DNA of 50,705 bases from an uncultured Gammaproteobacteria bacterium (lineage in GTDB: Bacteria; Patescibacteriota; Patescibacteriia; Patescibacteriales; CAYTAV01). Shown here one piece after another: positions 36,323 through 45,316 of this stretch. Within the stretch, counting starts at the first letter, position 1, and the number at the start of each line of letters is the position of its first letter. The notes under the pieces are model-generated. The model ran no database searches. It was given only the letters and a program-made list of their open reading frames with translations, and was not told the origin of the DNA. The DNA lies in the NCBI GenBank assembly GCA_964435875.1, contig CAYTAV010000002.1, positions 1 through 50,705 of the forward strand, in the 5' to 3' direction. A program made the position numbers and the translations under genes.

Positions 36323-37116
36323 AAAAGTATCGGTTGATTGTAAAAAACGAATCTATGCGCCAGCTCGCTTACCGTGGGAATGTCTTTGCCTACCGCATCG
36401 GACATATTGCGCAGGTCGTGATCCAGCTTCTGATCTGGAGCGTCGTTTTCCGCTCGACCGGATCATTCAGCGGATATACTTACGGCGAGATGCTCGGATA
36501 TGTCCTCTTCGGCAACCTGATCTCTTCCTTATCGGCAAATTACGGCCTTGTGTATGTCGTCGAGCGCGATATCTATTCTGGTTCGCTCGCGAATTTCCTG
36601 ACGAAACCGCTGTCTTATTTCGGCCATCTCTTCGCGTTTTCGCTGGGACGCAGCTGGCTGGCCGCCTGTACTTCTTCCCTGATCATCATCGCGATAACGC
36701 TGGCTTATCAAGATCTGGTAACGCTCGATCTTAACTTGGGGCGGATTTTATTTTTGCTCCTTTTCCTTTTGCTGGCTGCAACGATCCGCGTCTATATCGC
36801 GTTGCTATTCGGAATGATCAGCTTTTGGACGACGCAGATCGAAGGGCTCAATTATTGCCTTAACATAGCGGATCGCATGTTTTCCGGCCTTTATTTTCCC
36901 TTGGATCTGCTGCCCTCGGTGCTGTCCTCAGCGGCCCTGGCTGCGCCATTTGCCTATTCATTTTTCATCCCGACCCGCCTCATGCTCGGCCGTATCGCAC
37001 CGGCTGAAAGCTTTTTTTATCTGGCCGCCGGGACTGTCTGGCTGGTTGCGCTATACTGCCTATGCCGTATAGTATGGCATTACGGGATCCGCAAATACGA
37101 AAGCGTAGGCACCTGA
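36319..37116 (+). CDS. ABC-2-type transporter permease paralog 4
   Basis: ATGA overlap with paralog 3. GYTYGEMLGYV, IYSGSLANFLTKP, ISFWTTQ, FSGLYFPLDLLP, C-terminal WHYGIRKYESVGT. Confidence 0.7.
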   Translation: MKKYRLIVKNESMRQLAYRGNVFAYRIGHIAQVVIQLLIWSVVFRSTGSFSGYTYGEMLGYVLFGNLISSLSANYGLVYVVERDIYSGSLANFLTKPLSYFGHLFAFSLGRSWLAACTSSLIIIAITLAYQDLVTLDLNLGRILFLLLFLLLAATIRVYIALLFGMISFWTTQIEGLNYCLNIADRMFSGLYFPLDLLPSVLSSAALAAPFAYSFFIPTRLMLGRIAPAESFFYLAAGTVWLVALYCLCRIVWHYGIRKYESVGT

Positions 37117-37182
37117 TTTATAGCCCGAAAAAATAAGTTGCATGATAAAATCTGATATTATATCTAATATTTAATTAAAAAT

Positions 37183-38694
37183 ATGCTTAGACAATGGTCA
37201 AAACATGTAATAAAAAATATTAGCGCAGATACTTCTACGAACAGAATGATTCTCTGTCTAGCGCTCGGTCTTTATTGGGTGATTTTTGTCTGGGGCTTCT
37301 GGGACAGGGGTCCTTTTGCTTTGGGGTTGAACGCCTTCCTGTTCTGGGTCTTCCTGATCATGCTCTATCTGCGCGAATTGCTCGAAAGAAAAAGCTACCA
37401 GCCAAAGGACCTGGCTTGGCTCGTACCCCTTTTCGGGATTGCATTGAATTTCATCCTATACGAGAATCCGTTCATCAAGATGGTCAGCATCCCCTTGTAT
37501 CCTCTCTTGATCGCCCTGTTCTTTATCTATGGATTTCTGCATGACAAGCATGGCAGGGTTTGGAGCTGGATATTTTTAGAAAATATTTTGAAAAAGTTCG
37601 CGGCGGTTTTTGGACAGCTAAGTCCCGCAGCCTCTCGTTATCTCGACCTGCTCTTGCCGAAGGAAAACAAGAAATTGCATATGTTAAAAAGAATAATTAT
37701 CGGGATCGTTTTGTTTCTAGCAGTCGCCATGCTGTTCGTAATCCCTTTGCTGTCTTCTGCCGATCCTGAATTCTCTTCGAGGATCGGACAGATTTTCAGC
37801 TTGATCAACCAGGTCTTCTCAAGGACTTTAATCTATAAGGCATTAGTCTGGCTGGTCTTAGCCGTCTTAATGCTCGCTTCCTTGCTGGCCTGGGGCCGTA
37901 AATTCGATTTTGATGAGTCTGGCAAGCAGGATAAAGATATCGACTCGATCATCAGCGGTATCGTGATCGGCGGCATCCTCGTTTTATACGGTTTGTTCTT
38001 ATGGCTGCAACTCAAGAGATTGTGGATCGGTTCGCTCCCCTTCGATTTCAAGGAAACGGAAAGCCTTGTAAAGAGCGGCTTCTGGCAGCTGTTGATCCTA
38101 TCGCTATTAAACATCGCCGTCTATTACTTCACTTACCGGAAGACCGCATCGGTCGTGCAGGGGATGCTTGCCGCGTTTACAGGCGCATCGCTCCTGCTGC
38201 TCTTATCGGCCGGAGAGCGCATGCGGCTGTATGCAACCTATTACGGCTTCAGCTACGAAAAATTCTACGCTTCCTATGCGGTAGTCTTCTGCGCAATCGT
38301 TTTCGGCTGGCTGATAACCGCGCTTTTCAGGAAGCGCCCGGCGGATATGCTTAAGTTCCTGGCATTCCTCTTCCTTTGGATGTTTTTTTTCATAGCTGTG
38401 ATGCCGGTCGAGCAATTCATCTTCCGCGCTAACCTGAAGCTGGTCGGGATGCAAAATACGCGTATCCGCTTATATGAGATGACCATGCTTTCCCCGGATG
38501 TCTTATGCAGGGTCAAGTCTAGCAAGGAGCAGGGCCTTTTGGCAGAGAGGGCGGCGAAGCTTGATCGTGAAGCGGGCAACGGCGACGGACAGTTCGACTG
38601 GGATCCTTGGATTTCGAAGTCGGAGCGGATTCTAGGTGAGAAGCGCTGGTACGAAAATACGATTTCAAGTCTGCTTAACAGCTGTAAAAGTTGA
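37183..38694 (+). CDS. Large polytopic membrane protein (DUF4153/DUF4173-like impression)
   Basis: 503 aa, at least 10 hydrophobic segments. LLSSADPEF and RMRLYATYYGFSYEKF motifs recall that family. The family call is tentative. Confidence 0.6.
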   Translation: MLRQWSKHVIKNISADTSTNRMILCLALGLYWVIFVWGFWDRGPFALGLNAFLFWVFLIMLYLRELLERKSYQPKDLAWLVPLFGIALNFILYENPFIKMVSIPLYPLLIALFFIYGFLHDKHGRVWSWIFLENILKKFAAVFGQLSPAASRYLDLLLPKENKKLHMLKRIIIGIVLFLAVAMLFVIPLLSSADPEFSSRIGQIFSLINQVFSRTLIYKALVWLVLAVLMLASLLAWGRKFDFDESGKQDKDIDSIISGIVIGGILVLYGLFLWLQLKRLWIGSLPFDFKETESLVKSGFWQLLILSLLNIAVYYFTYRKTASVVQGMLAAFTGASLLLLLSAGERMRLYATYYGFSYEKFYASYAVVFCAIVFGWLITALFRKRPADMLKFLAFLFLWMFFFIAVMPVEQFIFRANLKLVGMQNTRIRLYEMTMLSPDVLCRVKSSKEQGLLAERAAKLDREAGNGDGQFDWDPWISKSERILGEKRWYENTISSLLNSCKS

Positions 38695-38758
38695 CAGAGC
38701 GTAATACAGCAAAACAAAGATCATTTTATTATTTTTCTTCCAATAAGTACACACTCAT

Positions 38759-39403
38759 ATGCAAGAACAGAATAGAGTATTGGCAGCCTATATTATGGTC
38801 TTTTTTGCCGCCTTGGTGATTTCCGGCATCCACCCCAAAGACCAATTCACATGGTTATTAGAAGTTTTTCCCGCGTTGGTCGCGCTTGCCATCCTAGCCG
38901 CCACATTCAAAAGATTCCGTTTCTCGAATCTTATATATTTTTTCATCCTTATCCACTCCATCATTTTGATGATCGGAGGCCATTGGACATATGCCGAAGT
39001 ACCTCTTTTCAACTGGCTGAGGGATGCAGGGCTGTTTTCAAGGAATAATTATGATAAGATAGGGCATTTCATGCAGGGGTTCGTTCCCGCCCTGGTTGCG
39101 AGGGAGTTTTTCATCCGCAAATCCGTCGTTAACGGCAGAAGATGGATAAATTTTTTTTCAGTCTCGGTCGTTCTAGCCGCAAGCGCGTGCTATGAATTCG
39201 TTGAATGGTGGATATCGATCCTGACTGGGAGCAAGGGCGATGCATTTCTTGGAACACAGGGGTATGTCTGGGACACCCAGTCCGATATGCTTTTTTGCCT
39301 GATAGGCGCGATCCTAGCTATCCTCGCGCTATCCAAGATACACGACAAAGCGCTCGGGAAAAACACCCAAGCGCATAAGCCGATCCTTAAAGATGAGGGA
39401 TAG
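38759..39403 (+). CDS. YjdF/DUF2238-family membrane protein
   Basis: FRFSNL.Y, GGHWTYAEVP, NNYDKIGHFMQGF, YEFVEWW, FLGTQGYVWDTQSDM - resembles the YjdF family. Confidence 0.6.
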   Translation: MQEQNRVLAAYIMVFFAALVISGIHPKDQFTWLLEVFPALVALAILAATFKRFRFSNLIYFFILIHSIILMIGGHWTYAEVPLFNWLRDAGLFSRNNYDKIGHFMQGFVPALVAREFFIRKSVVNGRRWINFFSVSVVLAASACYEFVEWWISILTGSKGDAFLGTQGYVWDTQSDMLFCLIGAILAILALSKIHDKALGKNTQAHKPILKDEG

Positions 39404-39475
39404 AATAGTGCTAGAAATGCAATTTTAAAACAAGAAATTTACATATGCAATTTATAAAATATCGATCCTACCCAT

Positions 39476-39865
39476 ATGCAAAATATATTAAAGGATAAGA
39501 AGCATGATTTCATTTATTGGACGCCGAGGGTATTATCGTTAATATTCATCGCGTTTCTTCTTCTGATGTCGCTTGATGTTTTCGGTACGGGGCTTAGCTT
39601 CTTGGAGACTATCCTGGCATTATTTATGCATAATATTCCTGCGCTGATCCTGGCCGTCGTCCTGGCGATCTCCTGGCGATACGAGATTGTCGGGGGCATA
39701 GCATTTATTGCGGCCGGCTTGCTTTATATCGTGGTTGTTTTCAGGGGCTCTGGCGATTGGAAGATGGCGCTCGCCTGGTCAGCGCAGATTTCCGGCGCCG
39801 CTTTCGTCATCGGCGGATTCTTTATCGCGGATTGGGTGAAGAGAAGGGATCATAGCAGTAAATAA
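39476..39865 (+). CDS. Small 4-TM membrane protein, unknown function
   Basis: ORF with four hydrophobic segments. Confidence 0.55.
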   Translation: MQNILKDKKHDFIYWTPRVLSLIFIAFLLLMSLDVFGTGLSFLETILALFMHNIPALILAVVLAISWRYEIVGGIAFIAAGLLYIVVVFRGSGDWKMALAWSAQISGAAFVIGGFFIADWVKRRDHSSK

Positions 39866-40068
39866 AGAATTGCTGCAACTAATTCTGATTCTAGTATTCT
39901 TAAGAATATTAGAATTAAAGTAAGTGCTCACTTGTCCAATTACTAATAACCCTGAAAGATAACAACCATAAAATAACAAGAGCAACTATCGATCATAGTC
40001 CCCCTTGTTATTTTGATACCCTTTTCAAAGGCGCTATTGTGACTTCCACGGAAAATCCTTTGGTCTGA

Positions 40069-40410
40069 TTATTCATTATTAGCGTTATGCGCTGCCGAAT
40101 TACCCGGATCAACTTCGCATACCCAGATCGGTCCGAGATTGACACAGCTCGACTGGATCAGAATCGCTTCCAGTTGGGCGTAAGTGTACTTGCTAAGCAG
40201 GCGTTTTTCAAGGCAATCGCTCTTCAGCGAATATCGCATAATGCCAGCCTCGAACTCTCCCCCGTTGCCGATTCCGGCATTCGAGCACTGTGTTAGGGCG
40301 AGCCTGATTTCATCCTGTCCGATTTTCTGTCCCTTGTTTTCACCGGCGAATACAGGCAAAACTAAGGCAAATACAGCGACAATTGATAGGACAAAGATTG
40401 TTTTCTTCAT
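40069..40410 (-). CDS. Small secreted Cys-containing protein
   Basis: Internal ATG gives the signal peptide MKKTIFVLSIVAVFALVLPVFAG; four Cys in the mature part. Confidence 0.6.
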   Translation of the reverse strand: MKKTIFVLSIVAVFALVLPVFAGENKGQKIGQDEIRLALTQCSNAGIGNGGEFEAGIMRYSLKSDCLEKRLLSKYTYAQLEAILIQSSCVNLGPIWVCEVDPGNSAAHNANNE

Positions 40411-40596
40411 TTTTTTGCCTGGATAAATTAATAAATTTTCTTCGACCTTTTTTATTTTAATTCGACCTTTGAAATCCAAATTCTGATTCTGGCAGTCATA
40501 TTTTATCCACAGCTTTAAAAAATCCTAGCAGGTCAAGATTAAATTGCGGTAAAATTTAAAATTTGATTAGACTGTAATACGCCAAAGGGGTGATAG

Positions 40597-40839
40597 ATGA
40601 TTAAATTCGAATGCCGAAAAGATAATTGCGGAGGGAATGTGGAGGATCGACCTTGTTATTTACTGCCGTTAGGACCGAAAGAAAATTCTGTTGCTTTGAT
40701 TTGCGGGGCATGCGGACGGTTGCATTGGCCAGAAGGCTTTTTAGTTTTTACATGCAAGGGCCGGCCGGCATACATCAAGGATGGAAGGCTGGCCGTCCTG
40801 CTGTCTGGAGGGGAACTGGTATTCGCGGATGATCAGTGA
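40597..40839 (+). CDS. Small zinc-ribbon-like protein (80 aa)
   Basis: C-x4-C ... C-x2-C arrangement (CRKDNC ... CGAC). SD AAAGGGGTGA upstream. Confidence 0.55.
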   Translation: MIKFECRKDNCGGNVEDRPCYLLPLGPKENSVALICGACGRLHWPEGFLVFTCKGRPAYIKDGRLAVLLSGGELVFADDQ

Positions 40840-40942
40840 AATCGCCCGGACTTATGGCCCGGGATTTTTTTTCGCTTATCTGCATTAAAGATTAATAACA
40901 ATCGGAGATTGTGGTATAATATTTCCATAAACAAGTAAAATT

Positions 40943-42637
40943 ATGCGGTATAAAAAAACCTCGGTTGTTTTCTTGATATTTTTTTTATTTTCATTGTCCT
41001 TATTAGCAAGAGCTTATGCTGGACAGTCCGAAGCATTCGGCGTTGCCAACCTGGTTGTCAGGAGCGTTGATCCGGCTGGAAATGCCGCTGAAGACCAGCG
41101 TTCATTTGCTGTTACTTTGAACCAGATCGCAGATTCTTTTAATTTTACGCTGTACGAATCCGATCTGAACGCATTATTTCTTAATATTGAAATGTGGGGT
41201 GGTATTTCTTCCTTCTATGTCGGTCCGGATCTTTGGGGCGGAAAGAAGCTGAAGCCGGATACGAAGTATAAGTACTCGATCAGGGCGACGAGCCAGGAAA
41301 CCGGGGATGAGCTAGTTTTTGAGGATGCCTTCACGACGGTTTCGTTCAACGCAGAAAATCCCCTTCCGGATCTCGTGGTCAGCGATATAACCGAGTATTA
41401 TGGCAAGGCCAGGCTGGTCATCAAGAATGAAGGCGGCCAATTTGCCAGCCAGGGGTTCACAACCGCCGTTTCTGACGTTAACGGCAAGATACTCAAGGGA
41501 AGTGATGCAAGGCTGGTCGCGACGGCAGAGCAGGGCAAGGTCGTGCATTCCGGAGCGATGTCATATGCCTACTTCGATATCGAGCCGGGGGATTATGAAT
41601 TAAAAGCAGAGATCGATACGGGTAACAGCGTCAACGAATCGGATGAGAATAATAATTCCAAGGTCCGGTCAATCAAGATTCCAGCTTCGCCTTCGGCCGA
41701 ATGGATAGTGATCACCCGTGAGCACTACAGTCAGATCATCAAGGACCACGCCGGAAAAGAGAAAGGGAGCAGGACCGTTGGCTGCAGCGAAATCTGTGCG
41801 GCCGGAGGGATGGTTGCCTTGCCGTTCTGCACGGCATCCGGGCAATCGGGATTATGCGAAAAGACTGTAAGCTCGGGGGCGGTTACTGCGACAACGAGCG
41901 ATTGCGAAGAAGGCGGAAGCGGCAGGGAAGTCGGCGCCGAATATTGCTGTTGTGCGGAGGATAGCTCAGCAGTAGTCGAAAATAACGATGGTACGCAGAT
42001 AAACAGCGGGAAAAATCCGGGATCGGATAATGATAGCAAAATCCAGGAAAACGCCGCATCGGCAGGCGACCAATTCGACGGCAGCAAGGTCAAGAATGCG
42101 AAGATGCGAAGATTGTCAGGTAGGATCATGCTCAAGGTCGAAGACGGAGGAAAAGCTTATTATGCGGATCCTGCGGAAGGCCGTATCTATTTCCTAGGTA
42201 AGCCGCATAACGCTTTCGAGGTTATGCGGAAACAGGGCATCGGGATCAGAAATCGTGATCTGGCGAAGATACCGGCCGCGATAACTCTTCCGACCGGCAA
42301 GGACCAGGATTCCGACGGGATCCCGGACGCCCTTGAAGATGCGCTCGGTACGCAGAAAGCCAAGCCAGATTCTGACGGAGACGGCTATCAGGACAAGATG
42401 GAGATCATGAACGGATATGATCCGGCAAGAACAGGTAGGCTGGGATGTGATAGCGCCTTTACGAAAAAACAGGCCGGCAAGATCTTCCTGCAGGTCGAGA
42501 AGCAAGGCGAAGCCTGGTATGCAAATCCCGCGGACGGCAAGCGCTATTTCCTCGGACGGCCGGCTGATGCTTTCGCGATCATGCGGAAGCTCGGGATCGG
42601 CATCTCGAACAAGGATTTTAAGGCCATGTTAGAATAA
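40943..42637 (+). CDS. Secreted mosaic protein: CARDB-like domain, Cys-rich segment, then GEAWY-type module / TSP3-like repeats / GEAWY-type module
   Basis: Signal peptide. PDLVVSDIT...IKNEGG...NESDENNNS (CARDB-like). DQDSDGIPDALEDALG...DSDGDGYQDKMEI. Two roughly 50-aa modules. Confidence 0.75.
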   Translation: MRYKKTSVVFLIFFLFSLSLLARAYAGQSEAFGVANLVVRSVDPAGNAAEDQRSFAVTLNQIADSFNFTLYESDLNALFLNIEMWGGISSFYVGPDLWGGKKLKPDTKYKYSIRATSQETGDELVFEDAFTTVSFNAENPLPDLVVSDITEYYGKARLVIKNEGGQFASQGFTTAVSDVNGKILKGSDARLVATAEQGKVVHSGAMSYAYFDIEPGDYELKAEIDTGNSVNESDENNNSKVRSIKIPASPSAEWIVITREHYSQIIKDHAGKEKGSRTVGCSEICAAGGMVALPFCTASGQSGLCEKTVSSGAVTATTSDCEEGGSGREVGAEYCCCAEDSSAVVENNDGTQINSGKNPGSDNDSKIQENAASAGDQFDGSKVKNAKMRRLSGRIMLKVEDGGKAYYADPAEGRIYFLGKPHNAFEVMRKQGIGIRNRDLAKIPAAITLPTGKDQDSDGIPDALEDALGTQKAKPDSDGDGYQDKMEIMNGYDPARTGRLGCDSAFTKKQAGKIFLQVEKQGEAWYANPADGKRYFLGRPADAFAIMRKLGIGISNKDFKAMLE

Positions 42638-42695
42638 ACTTGATTTATTAGCAAATAAAAAAGGCTGTTTTTTTCATTCACAACCTTAATTGCCT

Positions 42696-43586
42696 TTAAT
42701 CGAGATCCTCGCATTCATCATCAAAGCAAGGGCAGCGCATTTCCCATGGTCCATGGGGGGTAAGGCTGTATTCAAAACAGCCGTAAGATAGGGGGCGGAT
42801 GTAATACCCCTTATAGTAATACAGCCTCTGGAATTCGACTGGCTCGAGCTCATACCAGAAGGGATCCAAGATGAAGTAGGTCGTGAAAGCGTAACCTCCC
42901 CAGTACCAATAGCTCTTGTAATGTCCGTGGTGATGATGCCGGCCTCGCGGTTTAAAATACTGATGGTTATAAATGTGGAGGTGCTTTTTATGATGCTTGA
43001 AACTCTCACCGACCTGCCCGCCGCGGTTTTTCCATTCACGTATCCGATTGTCCTCCAAAGGTTTCTCGCGTTCGCTGGGCGGTCCATTAAACTTAAATTC
43101 AGTTGAACCTTTGCGCTGAATTGTTCCAGGTAGCTCGACTGCTTCCCCTCGATTTTTTGGAACGAAGCCCCTTTGGCCTTCGTTCCGAGGCTGGAATTCA
43201 TGTCTTTGGATACCTTCTTTGCCTTCGCTCCGAGGAACGAACTGATGAACGCCGCCATCGAATTTACGGAATGATTCCGGGTTGCGGTAAGCCGGTACTC
43301 CTTTCGATTCACCGCCGTTACCGCGGAATATCCGGTTTCCCCCTCCGGCATCGCCGCCGCTGCGCATGACTGGCGCACTGGCTGCTCCGATCGGCCGGCC
43401 GATGGATCCGCTTCCAAGGCTTCTTCCTCCAGAAATTACTCCTCCTTGACTACTACTCCGGCTAGGAGCGCTAAAAGACCGGCTACCCCGTTCTTCAAAG
43501 CCTCGCGCCCAGGAATCGTCAGCCTGGATGATGATAAATGATATTGTTGAAAGAACAATGATGCAAAGTAAACCGAGTCGCTTCAT
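42696..43586 (-). CDS. Secreted low-complexity protein (Gly/Arg/Ser-rich, His cluster, aromatic-rich C-terminus)
   Basis: ATG at 43586 after GGGAGGA. Signal peptide MKRLGLLCIIVLSTISFIIIQA. Confidence 0.65.
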   Translation of the reverse strand: MKRLGLLCIIVLSTISFIIIQADDSWARGFEERGSRSFSAPSRSSSQGGVISGGRSLGSGSIGRPIGAASAPVMRSGGDAGGGNRIFRGNGGESKGVPAYRNPESFRKFDGGVHQFVPRSEGKEGIQRHEFQPRNEGQRGFVPKNRGEAVELPGTIQRKGSTEFKFNGPPSEREKPLEDNRIREWKNRGGQVGESFKHHKKHLHIYNHQYFKPRGRHHHHGHYKSYWYWGGYAFTTYFILDPFWYELEPVEFQRLYYYKGYYIRPLSYGCFEYSLTPHGPWEMRCPCFDDECEDLD

Positions 43587-43733
43587 CTCCAATCCTCCCT
43601 TGCTTGCTTGTGCGTTTACCAATATTCAACCATTCTACGATTAATCATACTCTGCATAATCAGACTATTTTTAGCATATTTATTATAAAATAGCAAGAAA
43701 TTGCCTAGCAAACACCTCTTGCTCAGACCATCC

Positions 43734-43762
43734 TTGCATCTTCGTGCATATTATTGTATATT
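43734..43762 (+). promoter_or_regulatory. Candidate promoter for tRNA-Tyr (TTGCAT - 17 nt - TATATT)
   Basis: Hexamers and spacing read directly; about 85 nt upstream of the tRNA 5' end. Confidence 0.35.
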
Positions 43763-43846
43763 GATTCTGATGATAATCTGAAAATGAGAATTTTTAAGTC
43801 CTTTTTCGGGATTTTATTTTAAGCTGATAAGTCGTCGCACGAATAC

Positions 43847-43932
43847 GGGTCGGTACCAAAGCGGTCAACTGGGGCAGACTGTAAATCTGCTGGCTCGCGC
43901 CTACGTAGGTTCGAACCCTACCCGGCCCACCA
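43847..43932 (+). tRNA. tRNA-Tyr: tRNA-Tyr (anticodon GTA), type II with a long variable arm, CCA encoded
   Basis: Acceptor gggtcgg/ccggccc (one G-U). Anticodon stem gcaga/tctgc with loop ctGTAaa. Variable arm ggc-tcgc-gcc. T arm gtagg-ttcgaac-cctac. Discriminator A + CCA. Confidence 0.9.
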
Positions 43933-43936
43933 CTTA

Positions 43937-43966
43937 ATAATCGCTGTAATAGGCGGTTATTTTTTG
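43937..43966 (+). terminator. Intrinsic terminator after the tRNA
   Basis: ataatcgc / gcggttat (one G-U) followed by ttttt. Confidence 0.5.
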
Positions 43967-44045
43967 TTGAGCTTGATTTGTTTTGGACCATTTTTATATA
44001 TAATATATTCCGTCTTTCTTTGAGGATATGCTATAATGGTTATAT

Positions 44046-44588
44046 ATGATAAATAAGAATATTATTATCGATATTTTAATAATAACATTAAGCTTGCTGG
44101 CCACATACCTCATGGCTGAATTCAGTGTCGTGTTGGTCTTGGAAAAAGCTATAACCAGCGATTATGTATTGGCTTTGATAGCTGGCATATTCTTTATTTC
44201 TTTTTTTACTGTAGTTCCGGCTGGCTATATATTGATTAATTTGATCGGCGATAATGATATGTTCACTATCGCATTGATAGCTGGAATGGGAGCGGTTATC
44301 GGAGATCTGCTGATCTTTGTTTTTGTAAAAAATCGTTTTTCGAATAATCTTTTTAGTCTCTTTCATTTTCGTCAGGACGGTGCAGTCAAGCGGCTGAAAG
44401 AAAATAAAATTATTAGAATATTCTTGCCGGTCTTAGGGGCCGCGATTATTGCCTCGCCTTTGCCGGATGAAATCGGCGTTGCTTTAATGGGTGCATCAAG
44501 AATTAAAAAAAGGTTTTTCATCCCGATGTCCTACGTCCTGAATTCAGTAGGAATATATATTCTTTTAATAATTAGTAAGAATTTTTAG
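44046..44588 (+). CDS. Small polytopic membrane protein in a very AT-rich islet (DedA/VTT-like impression)
   Basis: 180 aa, 4-5 TM segments, GAVIGDLLIFVFVKNRF. The family call is tentative. Confidence 0.55.
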   Translation: MINKNIIIDILIITLSLLATYLMAEFSVVLVLEKAITSDYVLALIAGIFFISFFTVVPAGYILINLIGDNDMFTIALIAGMGAVIGDLLIFVFVKNRFSNNLFSLFHFRQDGAVKRLKENKIIRIFLPVLGAAIIASPLPDEIGVALMGASRIKKRFFIPMSYVLNSVGIYILLIISKNF

Positions 44589-44793
44589 TCTTCGAAATTA
44601 CCTTACCGCGCAGGCTAATTGTATTGCTTAATTTCAAGATATTATTTATGCCACTCCCTAAATTCTAGCGCAATCATGTTCCTACTAAACCCTATGCGGC
44701 CTGTCAGATAACCTTAACTATGCTAAATATTAAGACGCGCGATTATTCCGCGGCGTTTTTAATCCGCCTGGCAAATGCGCGCCCATCCTTACA

Positions 44794-45204
44794 ATGAAAG
44801 ACATCCAAAAGGTATTCGAACAGATCCAGCAGATCAAGAAAGAGCAGAAAACGTTAAAGGCGGTCTATAAGGACTCGCTTAATTCGGACCCGGAGTATAA
44901 GCGGATATCCGACGAGCTTGCCGCTATCAAAGCTAAGAAAAAGAAAATTGAAGAGAATGCGAAAGCTTCGATGGGTGCTGACCATGAAAAGCTGGAAAGG
45001 CTCACTATCGATCTCAAGGCCGCTAAAGAGCTTCTGAATGATATTGCCGTATCAAGCCTGATGTCCGGCAAAAGCATCGAGTTGAAAGACGAGCAAGAGA
45101 ATATTTATGAACCGATCTATACGGTATCATTCAAGAAGACACGGAGCGGCCCGGCGGCTGGAGCGGAAGATATTCTCCTTGACAAGAATACCTGGGAGGA
45201 TTGA
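44794..45204 (+). CDS. Coiled-coil hypothetical protein (136 aa)
   Basis: Lys/Glu-rich heptad-like sequence; no motif recognised. Confidence 0.55.
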   Translation: MKDIQKVFEQIQQIKKEQKTLKAVYKDSLNSDPEYKRISDELAAIKAKKKKIEENAKASMGADHEKLERLTIDLKAAKELLNDIAVSSLMSGKSIELKDEQENIYEPIYTVSFKKTRSGPAAGAEDILLDKNTWED

Positions 45205-45234
45205 TCAGGATAGGCTTCAGAATTTTATTTGACT

Positions 45235-45260
45235 AAATAGCACTTTCGTGCTATTTTTAT
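45235..45260 (+). terminator. Intrinsic terminator
   Basis: aaatagcac (45235-45243) / gtgctattt (45248-45256) + T-run. Confidence 0.6.
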
Positions 45261-45316
45261 ATGTCAAAACTTGGACCTTTTATTAATCAAAAGACTTTTT
45301 GCCAGGGAGGGGAAAG

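Noticed and set aside
39881-40490. 12-nt direct repeat aattctgattct (39881-39892 and 40479-40490) flanking the small secreted-protein gene. Also the 14-bp palindrome tattcttaagaata (39895-39908) and the ttcgaccttt x2 repeat at 40441-40470.
   Set aside because: Repeats and palindromes of this length are expected by chance in 50 kb of partly AT-rich DNA, on the order of one or more occurrences. There are no other mobile-element hallmarks.
42686-43417. 243-aa ORF in another frame on the same strand as 42696-43586
   Set aside because: It has no SD and no signal peptide. The chosen frame has both, plus a coherent secreted-protein architecture.
43794-43991. 65-aa minus-strand ORF
   Set aside because: It overlaps the well-folded tRNA-Tyr gene, so it is spurious.
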